DNA of 64,000 nucleotides, from NCBI RefSeq assembly GCF_009914755.1, contig NC_060930.1. One strand, 5' to 3'. The notes below the pieces were generated by a model. The model made no database searches. It saw nothing but the letters and a program-made list of their open reading frames with translations, and was not told where the DNA came from. This DNA comes from the human T2T-CHM13v2.0 reference genome, Homo sapiens. Position numbers and translations under genes: made by a program. Below, piece after piece: positions 61,109-64,000 of this stretch. Numbering within the stretch: position 1 is the first letter of the stretch; the number at the start of each line of letters is the position of its first letter.

Positions 61109-61819
61109 CTGGAGGGAAATATAACAATGATCCCAGAAACTTTTCAGGTAACAAATGACCTTGGAAATGCAAAAACCTATCTCTTTTAAAATAAAATTTT
61201 ATAAGGCTTAAAATTACTTTATCTACCTTTGATTTTTGAAATTTTCCAAGTTGAGTCCAAAATGTACATTTCTTAAGAACTCTAAGAAAATTTCTTGCCA
61301 TAAAATGAAGGTCATATAAATTCCAATCACTGACATATCTAACTTTTATACAGATATACAAGGATATCAAACTTTGCTTTAATTATGTTTATAGAAACTC
61401 CATCCTAGGTGATTTTATAAAGTTGAACTCATACTTCCTTGTCCCTATGTTGGAATAAAATTTTTTTTAATGAAGGAAAGTGTTACTTTATGGAGACAAA
61501 AAAAGGCATTCATTAAGAATATTTAGGATTATGTGTAAATTTAATTAAAATTATGTGTAATTTAGATTGTGTGCAAGCTCATTTCTTTCCTTAGATTGGA
61601 ATTTTCTATAGATTTTATAGCCAAAATGAAATGTATTAGGATGAAAACAAGATAAGCCAGAGCAAATATGTACCAACTCATTATAAGCAGATCACAGTCA
61701 TATAGTGAGAGAGAAGGAAAAGAAAAACCTATGTAGATCTAGAGGAATTACCTAAGAATTCCTAATTACATAGGATTAGCTCTGGGCTAACATCAAATTT
61801 TAAGTAATTACTAAAATAA

Positions 61820-62115
<296 letters not shown>

Positions 62116-62894
62116 TAATATAATTTCTAATCTGTGTTAAGACTTGGAAAATAAGAAAAAGGGCAAAATTTGTTCCTCTAAGCATAATGTTCACAAAGTA
62201 TTTACCTATTCTTGTTTATTTTAAAGATTTACATTTTATATGTTATTTTGAATATGGACTATATTCACATGGTTCAAAGAATACAGGGAATGGTCTCCAT
62301 AACATCCCTATCCTATAGACAGCTAGTTCTCATTCTGAAAAGAACCACATGTTCATATTCTTTATCATTTTGAAAAAACATGAGCTAGGATACTTATATT
62401 TTTTTTTTGTTTTTTTTTTTTACATTATCTTTGGAGATCATTCTTTCCGTATAAAAAAATTCATATAGTTTTTTTTACAGAGTAATACAATATTTTACAT
62501 TGTGTGAATGTACTATAATTTACTTACTGATGCTCTACTGGAAATTCGTTTCTCTGTAATCTTTTGCTATTTAAAATAATACTGCAATGAATAACCTTGT
62601 AGTATATTAAATTATTAATGAAAAAAACCCCACATCATGTTTTTCAAAGAACTTCTGCTTTTTTACAAATAATTTACATGCAAAATGCCTTCTAAGCAGT
62701 TTCTGGAAGCTACTCTGCAAAATACGAAAAAAATAGAGAGGCAGAACTTATTTTTGTTTTGTTTTAGAGTGAAAATATTTTGAAAAAGTTATCCTGCCAA
62801 ATAAAAGTACTCACATTAAGTAATTTAGGAGATTTCATTTTCAATCTTAAAACAATGGGAATATTGATATCATTTTAATAGTAGGTACATATCT

Positions 62895-62982
62895 TTAAAT
62901 AAATGACTATGAAAATCAATGTAAAACCATTCAGCAGTTAAATAAAAGACTATGAAAATCACTGTAAAACCATTCAACAGTT
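62895..62982. repeat. 43-bp tandem duplication (2 copies, 3 mismatches)
   Basis: ttaaataaa(t/a)gactatgaaaatca(a/c)tgtaaaaccattca(g/a)cag x2. Confidence 0.9.
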
Positions 62983-63054
62983 TTATTCAACTCTTATTTC
63001 CTGGTCCTTTTAGTCAATTCAAAGCGTATCTTTTGAGTAAAAGTAAGAACTTAC

Positions 63055-63140
63055 TTTTTACCAAGTTTTTCTTCTATTCTAACTTTCCAATCATCCATTC
63101 TTTCACGTACTAGGGCTTTTAGGGGTGCAATATATACCGC
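63055..63140 (-). CDS. ASCC3: ASCC3 coding exon (first in window), 86 nt: AVYIAPLKALVRERMDDWKVRIEEKLGK(K), helicase motif Ia
   Basis: Manual translation. Acceptor tttttag at 63141-63142, donor AA|gtaagt at 63054. Peptide matches the ASCC3 C-terminal cassette as I recall it; phase joins the next exon. Confidence 0.96.
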
Positions 63141-64000
63141 CTAAAAAGGGGAGAATAGCCAAAAATACTCTTATGAAAATAGTGATAGCATTTTGAAATA
63201 AAAGTAAACTCCAAAAAATTTGTCAAAATATGACAGTGTGGTTTGAAAATGTATCTTTTAATTCTGAATACTCAAATTTTTAAATCAACGGGAAAAAGTC
63301 ATTAACTCAAACTACATTTACCCAAAATAAGACAGAAATGTAACATATCACAAACATTCTATTCATAAAAAATATTAACATAGATGAATTTAAATTACTT
63401 TTAAAAAAGCATCAGAGGTATTTTCCTCAGGCATTTTACTATGAAATTATATTCTACATAATAAAAACAAAACAAATTATGAGATAATACACTATAAGAG
63501 AAAATTAGGGTTCTGATAAAAAATTTTTTCTATTATTATGATTAATATTTATTTGAGTTGTATGTAACTCATGAATAAATGTACTGATGTTGAAGTTTTG
63601 AAGAGAAATAAACTATTGTTTAAATTTTAATGCAGATTTTATGAAGATGCTAGTAGTATAATTCAGGTTTCAAAAAAATAAATAAAAGCTGGTCTATAGT
63701 AATCCAAACCTATACAAAATGTATTCCCTTTATGTTTCTAATTTAGAGTAGAGCTCTACTGTTATATTAACATGTCTCTATAGATCAATAACCACATATT
63801 AGAGAGACTGAAAAGTAGGAAAACTTAGGGTTAAGTAGGGAAGAAAAGCCACTAATTAGGAAACACTACAAAAGGATGCTAAGACATTCCTGAAATCATA
63901 AATGATGAAGAAACTAGCCCATAATTCCAATCACAACATCTCTGTAAATGTTTCTATTTTAGTGTGATGTACTCACAAAATTAAGAACAAGAAAACTCTA

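Overview
Primate (most likely human) genomic DNA inside the ASCC3 gene (Ski2-like/Brr2-like DExH helicase), transcribed on the minus strand. I reconstructed 11 consecutive coding exons between 63140 and 21361, all GT-AG. They splice into one uninterrupted 1428-nt, 476-codon frame encoding the C-terminal helicase cassette (motif Ia through DEIH to motif VI), the winged helix and the start of the second Sec63 domain. From memory these are about exons 26-36; the numbering is not verified. Positions 1-21360 are part of one large intron. The rest is AT-rich intron filled with transposon relics: a full-length but inactivated L1PA3-type element in the same sense as the gene, older L1s, about 10 Alus, MaLR/ERVL pieces, L2, MIR, CR1 and MER94. 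No novel protein-coding system is supported. The most unusual signals are (i) two separate 170-175 bp non-tandem local copy-paste duplications with microhomology at their junctions, (ii) a ~950 bp structured TA minisatellite lying inside an AluY target-site duplication, and (iii) several repeat-free motif-dense blocks that could be long-range developmental enhancers (SIM1 is the known neighbour of ASCC3). Repeat subfamily calls and boundaries are by eye.
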